A stretch of DNA of 64,000 nucleotides from Myxococcota bacterium (GCA_036338695.1 JAYZBQ010000009.1:32001-96000), one strand, 5' to 3'; numbered from the stretch's first letter, positions 18,299 through 31,731 are shown. The notes: generated by a model from the sequence alone, not told the origin. Numbers and translations are program-made.

Positions 18299-18556
18299 AT
18301 GATGACTTCTGCCCTGATCGTTTTGGTGCGCGTCTACCAGCGGCTGATCTCACCGTTCATCGGTGGAAACTGCCGCTTTACGCCCACCTGCAGCGCGTAT
18401 GCCATTCAAGCGCTCGAGCGGCATGGTGCCCTGCGAGCTACGCCTTTGGTGCTCTGGCGGCTCCTTCGCTGCGGGCCATGGGGGGGATGTGGAGAGGACC
18501 CTGTCCCAGATCAGCCGGGCGTTTTTGTTTCGCGCCGCCAGCAAAACGGTGATTGA
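18299..18556 (+). CDS. yidD: Membrane protein insertion efficiency factor
   Basis: YQRLISP...CRFTPTCSAYA..A...HG...RLLRCGPWGGCGEDPVP. Confidence 0.9.
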   Translation: MMTSALIVLVRVYQRLISPFIGGNCRFTPTCSAYAIQALERHGALRATPLVLWRLLRCGPWGGCGEDPVPDQPGVFVSRRQQNGD

Positions 18557-18609
18557 AATTCCAGCGGGTTTGGGTCAGCCAGAGGGCACCTAAGCTGGAG
18601 ACCCTGCTG

Positions 18610-21497
18610 ATGCGCGCCCTCACCGTACTCTTCGCCGCTGCGACCCTCGCAGGCTGCCCTGGGGCAGCCGATCCAGTCTCCGAGCCCATCTGCCGCAACG
18701 GTGTCGTTGAGGGCGCAGAGGCCTGCGACGACGGCAACGGGATCGACAACGACGGCTGCTCGAACACGTGCGTACCTAGCTTCTGCGGGGATGGCGTGAC
18801 CCACGAAACGGAAGCCTGCGACGACGCCAACGACAGCAACGAGGACGCATGCGTCGAAGGGTGCCAGACGGCGCGCTGCGGAGACGGTTTTACGCAGATT
18901 GGAGTCGAAGAATGCGACGACGCCAACGCGGAAGATGAAGATGCCTGTTTGAGCACCTGCCGCGCCAACGTCTGCGGCGACGGCATCATAAACGCCAACG
19001 TCGAGTTCTGCGACGACGGAAACCGAGTCGACACGGACGGCTGCACGAACGCGTGCGCACCCGCCCGCTGCGGTGACGGCGTCGTCCAAGAGGGCGTCGA
19101 AGCCTGCGATGACGGCAACGAGAGTGACACAGACGACTGCACCAGCGCCTGTGAACCGGCGCGCTGCGGTGATGGCTTCGTTCAAGCCGGCGAAGGCTGC
19201 GATGACGGCAACGAGGTCGACGACGACGAGTGCTCGAACGCCTGCACCCCAGCGAGCTGCGGGGACGGAATCGTTCAAGAAGGAGAGGCCTGCGACGACG
19301 GCAACGACGACGAGACCGACGCCTGCTTGAGCACCTGCGCACAGGCGCAGTGTGGGGACGGGCAAGTCCGAGCGGGCGTCGAGGAATGCGATGACGGCAA
19401 CGCGGAGAGCACCGACGAGTGCACGGCGCGCTGCACTGCGGCGCGCTGCGGCGATGGCTTCGTCCAAACGGGGGTCGAACAATGCGACGATGGGAACATC
19501 GTCGACACCGACGGCTGCACCAACGCCTGCGCACAAGCCCGCTGCGGCGACGGGATCGTCCAAGACGGCGCCGAGGCCTGCGACGACGGCAACGCAGTCC
19601 AAACCGATGCTTGCCTCAACAGCTGCGAGGTGGCGCGCTGCGGTGACGGCTTCGCGCACGAAGGCGTCGAGGCTTGTGACGACGGCAACGAACTCCAAAC
19701 CGATGCGTGCCTGAACGACTGCCAAGCGGCGGCCTGCGGTGACGGGTTCGTCCACGAAGGGGTTGAAGAGTGCGATGACCAGAACCGGAACGACAGCGAC
19801 CTGTGCATCTCAAACTGTCGAGACGCCCGCTGCGGAGACGGCTTCATCCTCGCTGGCAGCGAAGACTGCGACGACGGCAACGTCGAGAACGGTGACGGCT
19901 GCGATGATCAATGCGGAAACGAACGCCCGCAGGTCGACCCTGCCCAGAGCGCCGTCATACAGCGGTTGCTCAGCGGCGAGGCAGAGCGCGCCAGCCTCAG
20001 CCATGTGCTGATCACCTACGCCAACGCCTCGAACTTACAAGAGCGCGGCTTTGTGGTCCAAGCCGAGCGCAATGGCCGGGCGCTGGCGATCAGCGTATCG
20101 GCTGCCTCATTGGGGGTGCGCGCTGGCGACATCGTCTCGCTCGATGTGACGCGCATGTACTCGATCGGCGGCCTGCTGCGCGCCGCAGCGGTTGAGAACG
20201 TCCAGATCCTTGCGCGGAGCGAACCGCTCGGCCCGTGGACCCACGACTTCAACGTTCAGCGCACCTTGCCCACCGAGGCGATGGCGTTCTGGCGCGTCAG
20301 CGCACGATTATCGATCCCAGAGGATCTACGGTCAGCCGGTGGCAACTATGTGAGCGCGCCGGCGAACACCGCAGTCTTGGCGGACCGGCGCGAGGTGCAA
20401 CTGCGCATCAACAACACGCTGCAAGATGGGCTGTACGTCGAAGAAACCTGCGAGTTGACGGTCACGGGCGTGCCGCTGGTGCGCTATGGTGGCAACAGCC
20501 AGTACACCCCCACCCGACTCTCCGAGGTGACGCTCCACAGCTGCCCCCCCACCGAGCCGGTGGCGATCACGGCGACCTCAGCGACCGAACTGCGACTTGA
20601 GATGCGTCGCAACCTTCGCCCAGAGACGGTCAGCGCCGACGATTTCATGATCTCGATCGATCGCGTTGCGCCGCAGCTCGCCGTTCAGGCTGCTGCGGTC
20701 ACCAACGGTCGCTTCATCACGTTGACGACCGCCCCGCAGGTGTTGGGTCAACGTTACGAGATCCGGCGCGTCGGCGACGTGCTCGATTTGGCGGGTCAAA
20801 ATATCGCGCTCAGCACGCAGCCCATCGAGAGCTTCATCGGCTATCGCCCCCCTGCGCGCATGCTCATCAACGAGCTCAACGCAAACGCAAGCAGCGGCTG
20901 TGACTTGATCGAGTTTCGCGTCACCCAAGGCGGGTTGCTGCGGCACGTCGTCAAAGAGCGCACGGCCGTGGTGTACGCCTTTCCTGAGGTCGTGGTCGCA
21001 ACCGATGACATCGTCGTGCTCCACTTCAACCGCGGCAACGCCAACTGCGTCCAGAGCAACCCGGCCGGTCAGACACCGGGCTATGAGGCGGAGTCCACCT
21101 CGCAGTTTGCGCAGGCACAGATCGCAGCGAACTATGACACCGCATGGGATCATTGGACCACCGACTCGGGGCTTACGGCGACCGACAACGTCATCTCGCT
21201 CCTGCTCGATGACACGATCGTCGATGCGGTCCTCGTAAGCGATGCGCCTACAGGGAACGCCGCAGCGGCTTCCGAGAGCGCCGCACGGACGGTGGCGGCG
21301 GCGAGCCAGTGGACGACCGAGGCGGGTCAAGTACCCGAAGGTGGATTTGTCGACGGCGACTTCAACGCTCACGCCGCGCAAGACCTCAACGGCGCCGGCA
21401 CACGCAACGGCACCAACAGCATCCGGCGCACAGGTCAAACTGACCGCAACCACAAAGGCGACTGGAGCTTTGGCGCCAGCTCGTTCGGGCGCGCCAA

Positions 21498-21501
<4 letters not shown>
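18610..21501 (+). CDS. Lipoprotein with 13 Myxococcus Cys-rich (DUF4215-type) repeats, OB/Ig-like middle region and C-terminal lamin-tail-like domain
   Basis: GGAG SD at 18597-18600, ATG 18610, lipobox LAGC; repeats CGDG..Q.G.E.CDDGN....D.C...[10 protein letters not shown]...DLIEF typical of lamin-tail domains. Confidence 0.85.
18691..19920 (+). repeat. 13 tandem ~93-96 bp coding repeats (CGDG...CDDGN...C)
   Basis: Recurrent TGCGG(C/T/A/G)GA(C/T)GG and TGCGA(C/T)GA(C/T)GGCAAC motifs; counted in the translation. Confidence 0.9.
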
Positions 21502-23558
<2,057 letters not shown>

Positions 23559-23622
23559 CATTACTCCAAACGTGACGATGGTTGGGATGCCCAATTCGTC
23601 GCAATTCGGCTAGAGGCTAAGC

Positions 23623-26600
23623 ATGCGCTGGACAACGGTCTTCCTCATCAGCTTATTTCTGCCGACTCAGGCGATGGCGCTGACCATGGACAGCGCGCCC
23701 GGCTTTGTCCTGAGCCGAGTCAACGCGCTGATCAAGGGCACGGTACGCAGCGGCTCGATCTCGTATTCGGGTGCTGATGGCTTAGTGCTCCGGCAAGCCG
23801 AACTCCTCGACCCGCGCGGTCGGCTGGTGCTCTCTGCGCAGCGAATTCAAGTCCGCGTCGGGCTGCTCGACCTGCTCAAGTCAACGGTCGTCATCCAAGA
23901 AGTGAGCGTCAAGGGCCTGCACGCCAAAGCCAGCGAAGGCGCAACCGGTCAGCTCAACCTGCTCGAGGCCGTCGCGCTCAACCAACCGAGCACGAGCGAT
24001 GCGTCGAGCGGCGGCGGCCTTCGCATCAAGAAGTTGAGGCTGAGCAGCAGCTCCGTGGGGCTCGACCTGCAGGCGATGAACCTGCGCATCGAGGACATCA
24101 ACCTGAGCGGCAGCTTAGAGGCTTCCAACTCATTCAACGCGGACCTGCAGCTCTCGACGGGGCGCACGCGCATCAAACAGCCCGGGCGCGGCGCCGCCAC
24201 GGTGGATCTGTCCTTACCGGGTCTGCGCATCAAGCAGCTCGGCGTCGGCACGCACACACTGCGGATCAGCGGCGCAAAAATCCGAATCGACCGTCAACAC
24301 GTGCTCAGCTTGGGCGGCTTACTGCGCCCTTCAGCGGGGCGTATCGACCTGAAACTCGGCGGCAAAATTCCCGACGGCTGGCTCCAGAGCATCTTGCCCG
24401 TCCACGGCAAAAGCGTCCCCGAGATGACGCAGGTCGCCTTGGACGTGCACCTCGGAGGTAAACTCAGCAGCCCACAGATCGGGGTGTCGATCAACGCGCA
24501 GCGCTTGGTTTTACCGGGCGCAGCGCCCACCGTTCGTAACGTTCAGTTCGCCGGACTGCTCAGGGGCAGCGACCTGTCGGTGAGGTCCTTGAACGGCGAC
24601 GCCTACGGCGGCAAGCTGCGCCTTCAAGGCGACCTGAAACTGAGCAGCCCGAGCTCGCTTAACGGCGAGCTGCGCTTGATCGACTGCAACCTCAGCGACG
24701 TGCACCCGTCGCTGGAGAGCTATGGTGGTCGCTTCACTGGGCGTGCGCTGATCTCAGGTACGCTCGCGCTCAACGATGCGCAGCCCCTCTCGATCCGTCT
24801 GCGGGGGCGGCTCAAGGGCACGCAGGTCCCGTCAATCGGCCGCCGAACCGCCGATCTCGACCTCCTGATCTTGCAAGGCGAATCGACCCGCATCATGCCC
24901 AGCCAAGTGCTGATCGACGACAACACGCTGAGCTTTCAAGGGCTCGTTTCTCCTAAGGTTGACCTGAGCTTTCGTGCTCAGCTGACACGCGCTCGTCGGC
25001 TCCTAAAATCCTTTGGCGCAGACCGCATCCCACGGAGCCTGACGGCGAGCGGCCGGTTGCGGCTGGAGCCGCGCCTACGGCTCGACTTCCGGCTCAAAGC
25101 CCTCCCCTACACCTTCGCCGGTCAGGCGATCGGAGCGATCCAAGCGTCGGGTCACCTCGGCCCCACAGCGCTGCACCTCAAGTCGCTCAACACCGAGCTC
25201 AACAGCGCGCCGCTTTCCGCTAAGATACGGCTCCCGTTTAGCAACCCAAAGAAGCCGATCGGCCGGCTGACCCTCGATGAGTACGAGCTACCGGGACAAG
25301 CCGGTACGGCGAGCCTTGAGCTCGCGTCAGACCCCGAGGGCAACTGGCAAGGCAACCTGATGATCGGCGCGCTCAAAGCGGGGCAGCTTGCGCTCGGTGA
25401 CCTCGAGGTTTTGCTCGCGTACGACGGTCAGCGGGCCGAGCTGCGCGCGCTGGATTGGGACGAGGGCCCTGGCATCCTCTCGGGTGCTATCGGAGTCCAT
25501 CTTGAGACCCTCAAAACCGACGGTCACTTCGACCTGTTTATCGATCAAACCGGCCTTGAGCTCCTCGCCGGGTCGCAGTTCAAGGGGCGTGCGCAGGTGC
25601 GGATCGAGCCGAAGGGCAAGCTCAGCGAGCCGGCGGCGCGGATCGTCACCTCCTTTAGCGGGCTCAGCATCCAGGGGATTCCGATTCGAGACGGTCAGCT
25701 CACGCTGGCCGGAACGCCCGACTCGCTCGGCGGCGTCCTCACGACGCAGGGCAACGGGACAGGGCGAGGCTCCGTGCGGCTCACCGAGCGCTTTGAGCGC
25801 CTCGACGTCAACTTCAAGCTCACCGCGTTTCGCCTCGAGTCGCTGCCGATCGACCTACCGGGGCTTGAAGCGCTCGCTGACATCGACCTGCGCCTGAGCG
25901 GACCGCTCGGTCAACCCGAGGGCGAGATCCAGATTGGGATACGCGACGTCGCAGTCGATGATCGGCTCGTGGGCAGCGGGCGAGGGCGTATCACGACGCA
26001 GATTGAGCGCGGCGCCGTGACCACAGACCTCGACCTGCTCGGCTGGATCACGGGGACCGTCTCCACGGGGTACCCTGCGCTCGATCCGATCGAAGCCAAG
26101 CTCGCCATCGAAGCGGACGGTCTGCAATGGGTGATCCCGGGGCTCGCCGGCGGCGGGACCGAGATCGACCTGAGCGCTCGCGCCCTGCTCGGCTTGCGAC
26201 AAGGTGAGCCCGAAGCGAGCGTGGTGATCCAGCGAGTACGTATCGGCAATCCCGGGCTCTGGGAGGAAGAGCTCGAGAACGACGGTGACCTGGTGATGGG
26301 GTTTTCGGGCGGTCGCGCGCGGTGCGAGCGCCTGCTCCTAAAGATGGGTAAGGGCACCGCGGAGCTGCGCGGGTGGATCGAGACGGACTCGCCGCGCGCA
26401 CGCGCCAACCTTCACTTTAACAGCAGCCTCCCGATCGAGCTGCTGCAGCTGCTCGACCCCCGCTTCTCGCTGACACGCGGACGCGTCCGAGCGACGGGCA
26501 GTATGCGAGGCTACTGGCGCGACAACCCGCGGCTCATCGCCGAGATCGAGCCCGACCCCGGCACGACCTTTGTCCACTCGCTCTACCCGCGTCAGGTCAC

Positions 26601-27831
26601 CCTCGCTGGCGGGCTGATCCGTCTTGAGGATCAGCTGGTCCTGGTCGAAGACCTCCGCATTGAGAGCGGAAGCGGCGAGATCCAACTCGGGGGCTCGGTC
26701 GGGCTCGAAGCCTTCCAGCCCGCCGCGCTCGATCTGCGGCTCGGGGTCACCAACCTGCTCCTGCGCCAGGAGGATCAATACGTCGAATTCTCCTCGGATC
26801 TCGAAGCGACGGGCCCCATCGACAGTGCCCGGATCCAAGGTCAACTCTCGATCCTCGGAGGGAAGATCGAGCAAGAGCTGAACATCACTAACTTTGTGTT
26901 CTCGACCCACCAAGAGGGCGCCGGTCCGTCGCTCGCAGAGCGCTTAGGGCGCTTCGCCTCGACCGAGCTCGACATCGAAGTCACGAGCGCCGCGGGGCTA
27001 CAAATCAACGCAGGGCTCCCGCTCTTTCAGATCCAGGTCCGCCCGACCCTCGACCTACGCCTCGTCGGTCAACTGGCTGAGATCGGCGTCCAGGGCGTCG
27101 TCGAGGTCGAAGAAGGCAACGGCGAGATCATCTTCCCCGAGGCGGCGTTCGTGATCGACAACGCCACGGTGGACCTCAGCCAAGATCCGTACTTCGTGAG
27201 CCTCAATTCGATCTGGGAGTACGTGCCTCGCCGGCAACAAAATAACGAACAAGATGATGTCATCACGCTCCAGCTCGGGATCAACGGGCCGATTGATCGA
27301 ATGGAGCTCCAGCTCGAGGCGCCCGACTACCCCGACCTCACGCGCCCTCAGCTCCTTGGTATGCTGGCGCGCGGGCAAACGCCCGATCTCCTGATCGGTC
27401 AAAACCTTGCGGATGATGGCGGCGACGGCAGCTACAGCGACGTCGCCTTGCGCCTGCTGACCGGGCAGATGTTTAAGCGCTTTGAGCGCGAGCTCGAGCG
27501 CGTCTTTAAAGAGACCTTCTCCCTGCCCCTAGACGCCGCCATCGACCTGGGCGTGGACACCTTACGAATGCAGGGCATCGTCAACCTCACCGACCGTTTT
27601 GAGGTCGCTGGCGAGACCGAGATCTTTCTCGGGAGCGAGGACAGCGACGCGGTCGATGACAGCCAGAGCGCGACCTCGACCAGCAACGACCGGCAGAGCT
27701 TACGCGGCACCTTTGTGCTCTCGGACGCTTGGCGCGCCGAGGCGGACCTGCGCAGTGGTTACCGCAGTGATGAGAGCGGGTCGATGCTCGAGCTCTTGCT
27801 CAATCTCCACTGGAGGTTGTGGGCGCGATGA
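23623..27831 (+). CDS. TamB/AsmA-family translocation and assembly module protein (1402 aa)
   Basis: N-terminal signal/anchor, long beta-taco-like alternating pattern, DUF490-like C-terminus ending LLLNLHWRLWAR; coupled (ATGA) to an Omp85 gene. Confidence 0.8.
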   Translation: MRWTTVFLISLFLPTQAMALTMDSAPGFVLSRVNALIKGTVRSGSISYSGADGLVLRQAELLDPRGRLVLSAQRIQVRVGLLDLLKSTVVIQEVSVKGLHAKASEGATGQLNLLEAVALNQPSTSDASSGGGLRIKKLRLSSSSVGLDLQAMNLRIEDINLSGSLEASNSFNADLQLSTGRTRIKQPGRGAATVDLSLPGLRIKQLGVGTHTLRISGAKIRIDRQHVLSLGGLLRPSAGRIDLKLGGKIPDGWLQSILPVHGKSVPEMTQVALDVHLGGKLSSPQIGVSINAQRLVLPGAAPTVRNVQFAGLLRGSDLSVRSLNGDAYGGKLRLQGDLKLSSPSSLNGELRLIDCNLSDVHPSLESYGGRFTGRALISGTLALNDAQPLSIRLRGRLKGTQVPSIGRRTADLDLLILQGESTRIMPSQVLIDDNTLSFQGLVSPKVDLSFRAQLTRARRLLKSFGADRIPRSLTASGRLRLEPRLRLDFRLKALPYTFAGQAIGAIQASGHLGPTALHLKSLNTELNSAPLSAKIRLPFSNPKKPIGRLTLDEYELPGQAGTASLELASDPEGNWQGNLMIGALKAGQLALGDLEVLLAYDGQRAELRALDWDEGPGILSGAIGVHLETLKTDGHFDLFIDQTGLELLAGSQFKGRAQVRIEPKGKLSEPAARIVTSFSGLSIQGIPIRDGQLTLAGTPDSLGGVLTTQGNGTGRGSVRLTERFERLDVNFKLTAFRLESLPIDLPGLEALADIDLRLSGPLGQPEGEIQIGIRDVAVDDRLVGSGRGRITTQIERGAVTTDLDLLGWITGTVSTGYPALDPIEAKLAIEADGLQWVIPGLAGGGTEIDLSARALLGLRQGEPEASVVIQRVRIGNPGLWEEELENDGDLVMGFSGGRARCERLLLKMGKGTAELRGWIETDSPRARANLHFNSSLPIELLQLLDPRFSLTRGRVRATGSMRGYWRDNPRLIAEIEPDPGTTFVHSLYPRQVTLAGGLIRLEDQLVLVEDLRIESGSGEIQLGGSVGLEAFQPAALDLRLGVTNLLLRQEDQYVEFSSDLEATGPIDSARIQGQLSILGGKIEQELNITNFVFSTHQEGAGPSLAERLGRFASTELDIEVTSAAGLQINAGLPLFQIQVRPTLDLRLVGQLAEIGVQGVVEVEEGNGEIIFPEAAFVIDNATVDLSQDPYFVSLNSIWEYVPRRQQNNEQDDVITLQLGINGPIDRMELQLEAPDYPDLTRPQLLGMLARGQTPDLLIGQNLADDGGDGSYSDVALRLLTGQMFKRFERELERVFKETFSLPLDAAIDLGVDTLRMQGIVNLTDRFEVAGETEIFLGSEDSDAVDDSQSATSTSNDRQSLRGTFVLSDAWRAEADLRSGYRSDESGSMLELLLNLHWRLWAR

Positions 27832-30800
27832 TCGCTTGGTCTATCCTCTGGCTCGCTGCGCCGACGCTCGAGCTCATCTTTGAGCCCGAGCTGCCAGCCC
27901 CTCAAGCGGCGGCGGTGCGACGATACGTCCAGAGCGCCGGGCTGGATGGGCAAGCGACTCAAGTGATCGCGCGCCTCAAGGACTACATCGAAAAACTCGA
28001 CCGCTTCACAGCGCCTCAATGCACGGTGAACAAAGGGGTCTACCGCTGCCTCATGAGCGAGAGCCCTCGCATTGCGGACTTGTTGATCACGGGCGACATC
28101 CCCTTTGGAATTCTCCGCAGCGACCTTGAGCGCCGCTCGAGCCTGCGCTCGGGTCGTCGGCTTCCCGCCGACGAGTTTGGACGCGCCGAGCAGCCTTATG
28201 CGGAGCTGTTCCAAAAAATTAGTCGGCGCTTGGCGCGCTTTATCGACGAGCGCGGCTACCACGGCACTGCGGTGAGCGTCTCAAAGGAGCCACACCCGCG
28301 TGGCGCCGGCTGGTGTCAGATCCGCCTGCACGTCAAGCTCGGCACCCGGCTACGCTGGGGAGTACTCGAGATCGCTGGCGTCCCGCGCGACGAGGCTATG
28401 GCGATGCAACAGCGCCTCCGAGGCATCGGCGGTGATTTTCGCGCCGACATCCTGCGCGAGCGGATCGCCAAGGAGGAGGAGAACCTCCGTCAAAGCGGCT
28501 ACGTCGAGGCGAGCGTTGACCTGCAGATCGAACGAGACGGTGGCGTCGTCAACGGGCGCCTCCATGTCAGCCGCGGTCTTCGCCTCCAGGTCCAGTTTCA
28601 AGGGGAGCTCAAGCTCGACATCAAGCGGCTGCGCGAAGCGCTCACCTTTGCGTCCTCACGAGCGGTCAACGATGATCAAATCGCTCAGAGCATCCAGGCG
28701 CTCAAAAACTTGTATCAAGCGCGCGGGTACTTCCGACCCACGATCCGCGCCGAGGACCCTCAACTCGCCGCGATCGACGCCCAAGAGAAAGCGCTCAAAC
28801 GTAAGATCGTGCGGGTCCGCAGGACCTACCGAGGCAAAGTCAAAGAGCGGCGGCGAGAGCTCGCGAAAATTGCCAGTAAGCGCCAAGAATTGCGGCTGAT
28901 CCGGCGACAGATTGCGGCGCAATCGCGCGAGTTTCGGCGCCTCGTCTTTCACATCAAGGCCGGTCAGATCGGGCGCTGCGAATCCGTCCACGTGGCCGGG
29001 ATCCCCAAGCCCCTTGAGCGTGCGCTTTTGAGCGAGGCGATCTTGGGCACCAAACCCCCCGAACTCGGCCGTCACGACGGTCGGCTCGTCGACAGCGTGC
29101 TCCAAGAGGACGAGGCGCGCATCGCCGGGTTCCTCGAGAACAGGGGCTGGCTGGTCAGCCACGTCGAGGCGCAGCTACTGGTTCAGCCCTCATCGCAGGT
29201 GCGGGTGCACTTCGTGGTCCGCGCCAGCCCGCCGACCTACATCCGCTCCATCTCGCTTGTCGGCGTCTCGGATGGGGAACAAGACGACTGGGATGACGAA
29301 GACGATGAGGCGGACGACGCCGCGCCGGGCGAAGACCTCTACAGCCCGCTGCTCGAGGCTTTGCAGATCCAAGCGGGCTCACCGCTCCTCGAGAACACCG
29401 CCGAACTCCTTCGTGATCGGACGCTCAAATTTTACCGCCGGCGCGGCTACCCAGGGACCGAAGTGGACGTCCAGATGGGGCTTACGGGCGACGGAGCTCA
29501 ATTTCGCCTCATCGTCCAAGAAGGCAAGCGAGTGGTCTACGGCGGCTTGATCCTGAGCGGCTGCCACCGCACGCAGCGCGCGCTCGTCCTCGCAGCTTTT
29601 CGTGAGGCTAAGGTCGGCGAGCCCTTTAACCCACAAGTCTTCGCCAAAGCGGCTGCGATCGTGCGAAGCTGGCGCGTGTTTCGGCGGGTCCGCTTACGCT
29701 ACCTAGGGCTCGCAGAGCAACGCAACGAGGTCTTTGTCGACGTGAGCGTCGATGAAGGGGTCAGCCAGACCCTCGATCTGACCTTCGGTTACTCGATCGA
29801 GGACCATTTTCAGACGACCTTATCGTGGCGTGACCGCAACCTGCTCGGGCGGGCATGGCACCTCGAGACCCGTGGTATTTTCGGGCTCTTTATCGGACGC
29901 CGCTCGGAGCTACGCGGCGCGCTCAAACTGCCCCGGCTCCTCGGACCGAACACCGATTTAAGCCTTGAACCGAAGGTGTACTACCGTGAACCCAACCGCC
30001 CCTTCCCACGCCTAGGGCGGGTCTCGTTCACGCTGGATGAAGATCAAGATCTTATCCTCAAGGGTGTGGTCAAAGTCGCCCATCGCTTTAGCCGATTCTC
30101 GACGCTCATCGCCAACTACACCTACGCGCTCGATCGCGACATCAACCAAGGCATCTTGTCGGCGGTACGCACCGGCGCCACCTCGCTCGAGGGCAACTGG
30201 CTGCGGGTCGATAACCCCTTTAATCCCAAGCGCGGCGTCCACCTCAAAGGGACGCTCAAGTACGCCTCGCCATGGCTGGCAGGTGACGCCAATTTTGTCT
30301 CGGCGGTGGGCCACGGCACACTGTACCTCCCCGTGGGGCGAAACACGCTCGCGGCGAACCTGCGCGGCGGCTCGCTGCTCGAGCTCGAGGGCTCGCGCGC
30401 CATCGCCGGCTCGGACCTCTTTCGGCTCGGGGGCGAGCGCACCATACGCGGGTTTGCGCTGGATTCGATCCGACTCTTTCGGGACGAAGACATCGACCTC
30501 TCGTCCGGTCGCGACGGGCACGGGACGCGCTTTGTCTCATCCTCCGTCGAGCTGCGCATTCCCTTGGGCGCGCAGCGCGCCGACAGCGGCTTTGGTATGA
30601 CCGTCTTCTCGGACCTCGGCCTCATCGCCGCGGACGACTTCGGCGAACCCTTCAGCGCCAGCATGGGCTGGAGTAACGGCGTCGCCGCCAATTACGTCCT
30701 CCCGATCGGTCCCGTTGGCCTCGTGATCGCTCACCAAACGATCCGGCCAAGACAACCCAGCGGTGTGGGTCGCCCGAATCGCTCCGAATACCAGATGGTG

Positions 30801-30854
30801 CCCGTCCTACCGGGACGAATCGGCTACCACATCTCCATGGGCTATATCTTCTGA
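27828..30854 (+). CDS. Omp85-family (TamA/BamA-like) outer membrane protein with POTRA domains
   Basis: GGAGG SD at ~27812; POTRA motifs LYQARGYF, FLENRGW, FYRRRGYP; barrel motifs DRNLLGRA, DNPFNPKRG, GGERTIRGF, ELRIPL; C-terminal beta-signal ISMGYIF. Confidence 0.88.
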   Translation: MIAWSILWLAAPTLELIFEPELPAPQAAAVRRYVQSAGLDGQATQVIARLKDYIEKLDRFTAPQCTVNKGVYRCLMSESPRIADLLITGDIPFGILRSDLERRSSLRSGRRLPADEFGRAEQPYAELFQKISRRLARFIDERGYHGTAVSVSKEPHPRGAGWCQIRLHVKLGTRLRWGVLEIAGVPRDEAMAMQQRLRGIGGDFRADILRERIAKEEENLRQSGYVEASVDLQIERDGGVVNGRLHVSRGLRLQVQFQGELKLDIKRLREALTFASSRAVNDDQIAQSIQALKNLYQARGYFRPTIRAEDPQLAAIDAQEKALKRKIVRVRRTYRGKVKERRRELAKIASKRQELRLIRRQIAAQSREFRRLVFHIKAGQIGRCESVHVAGIPKPLERALLSEAILGTKPPELGRHDGRLVDSVLQEDEARIAGFLENRGWLVSHVEAQLLVQPSSQVRVHFVVRASPPTYIRSISLVGVSDGEQDDWDDEDDEADDAAPGEDLYSPLLEALQIQAGSPLLENTAELLRDRTLKFYRRRGYPGTEVDVQMGLTGDGAQFRLIVQEGKRVVYGGLILSGCHRTQRALVLAAFREAKVGEPFNPQVFAKAAAIVRSWRVFRRVRLRYLGLAEQRNEVFVDVSVDEGVSQTLDLTFGYSIEDHFQTTLSWRDRNLLGRAWHLETRGIFGLFIGRRSELRGALKLPRLLGPNTDLSLEPKVYYREPNRPFPRLGRVSFTLDEDQDLILKGVVKVAHRFSRFSTLIANYTYALDRDINQGILSAVRTGATSLEGNWLRVDNPFNPKRGVHLKGTLKYASPWLAGDANFVSAVGHGTLYLPVGRNTLAANLRGGSLLELEGSRAIAGSDLFRLGGERTIRGFALDSIRLFRDEDIDLSSGRDGHGTRFVSSSVELRIPLGAQRADSGFGMTVFSDLGLIAADDFGEPFSASMGWSNGVAANYVLPIGPVGLVIAHQTIRPRQPSGVGRPNRSEYQMVPVLPGRIGYHISMGYIF

Positions 30855-31696
30855 TGACCTCATCGCACGACCCAGGCTCTCAACGGCTCGGGCTCAGTTT
30901 TGATCAGATCGGGGTCTTGGATCTACCGGGCGTCCGACGCTACACACCGGCGGCGCTCGACCTACCCCCGTGTGACCACCTCGAGCCCGAGGTGCTCGCC
31001 GTCGCTCGACGAGGGTGGGAGGATCGGCTCCGCTCCGAGTACGTTGGCGTGATGGTGATGCGCAAGTTTCACGGCTTGCTCGTCGACCTCAACGCGCCCA
31101 TGGACCTTCAAGAAGTCGCGCTCATCCTCACCCTCCAAGAACAGTCGCACACGCGCCTGTGCGCCGACATCGCAGACCACCTGGGCAGCGACAACCACCT
31201 AGGCTTTGAGCTCGAGGAGCTGCAACAAGCGCGCAGCGGTGAGCCGCTCGATGAACAGCTGTGGTCCATGCTGCTCGGGACCTTCATTTGCGGCGAAGGG
31301 ATCGCCTTTGAGCTGCTCAAATTTTGCCTCAAAAGGCTCCCCAAAACGCCCTACACCGAGGCGTTACGAGCGATCGCACGCGACGAGGTGCTGCACGCAA
31401 CGCTCGGTCTCAAGCTGCTCGATAAGCTGCGCCGTCACCCCTCGGCGTGGATCGATTATCCCGGCGATGCCTGGGTGACGAAGCGGCTGCGCGCTCAGCT
31501 TACAGCGATGCGAGGTCGCGACGTCGTCGAACACGACGAAGCCCGCTTCTTTGAGGTCCCGAACGCAGCGACTGAACTCGAAGCCCTCGGGATCCCTGAC
31601 AGTCGAGCGTTTGTTCGGTGCTACCACGAGGCGATCGATGACGCGATCCCAAGCCAGCTTGCGACGTTGGGCATCGACCTCAACCGAGGATCATGA
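30854..31696 (+). CDS. Ferritin-like diiron-carboxylate protein
   Basis: Ligand pattern RSEY / QEQSH / CGEG / RDEVLH (E, ExxH, E, DExxH); start overlaps the Omp85 stop (TGATG). Confidence 0.75.
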   Translation: MTSSHDPGSQRLGLSFDQIGVLDLPGVRRYTPAALDLPPCDHLEPEVLAVARRGWEDRLRSEYVGVMVMRKFHGLLVDLNAPMDLQEVALILTLQEQSHTRLCADIADHLGSDNHLGFELEELQQARSGEPLDEQLWSMLLGTFICGEGIAFELLKFCLKRLPKTPYTEALRAIARDEVLHATLGLKLLDKLRRHPSAWIDYPGDAWVTKRLRAQLTAMRGRDVVEHDEARFFEVPNAATELEALGIPDSRAFVRCYHEAIDDAIPSQLATLGIDLNRGS

Positions 31697-31731
31697 TAGG
31701 GTTCGACGCCCTCGCTACCTGGAGTGCCCCC

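Noticed and set aside
18438..19880. Repetitive minus-strand ORFs and a possible CRISPR-like periodicity
   Set aside because: The repeats are in-frame, degenerate protein-coding units of the plus-strand lipoprotein. There are no identical direct repeats with unique spacers and no cas genes.
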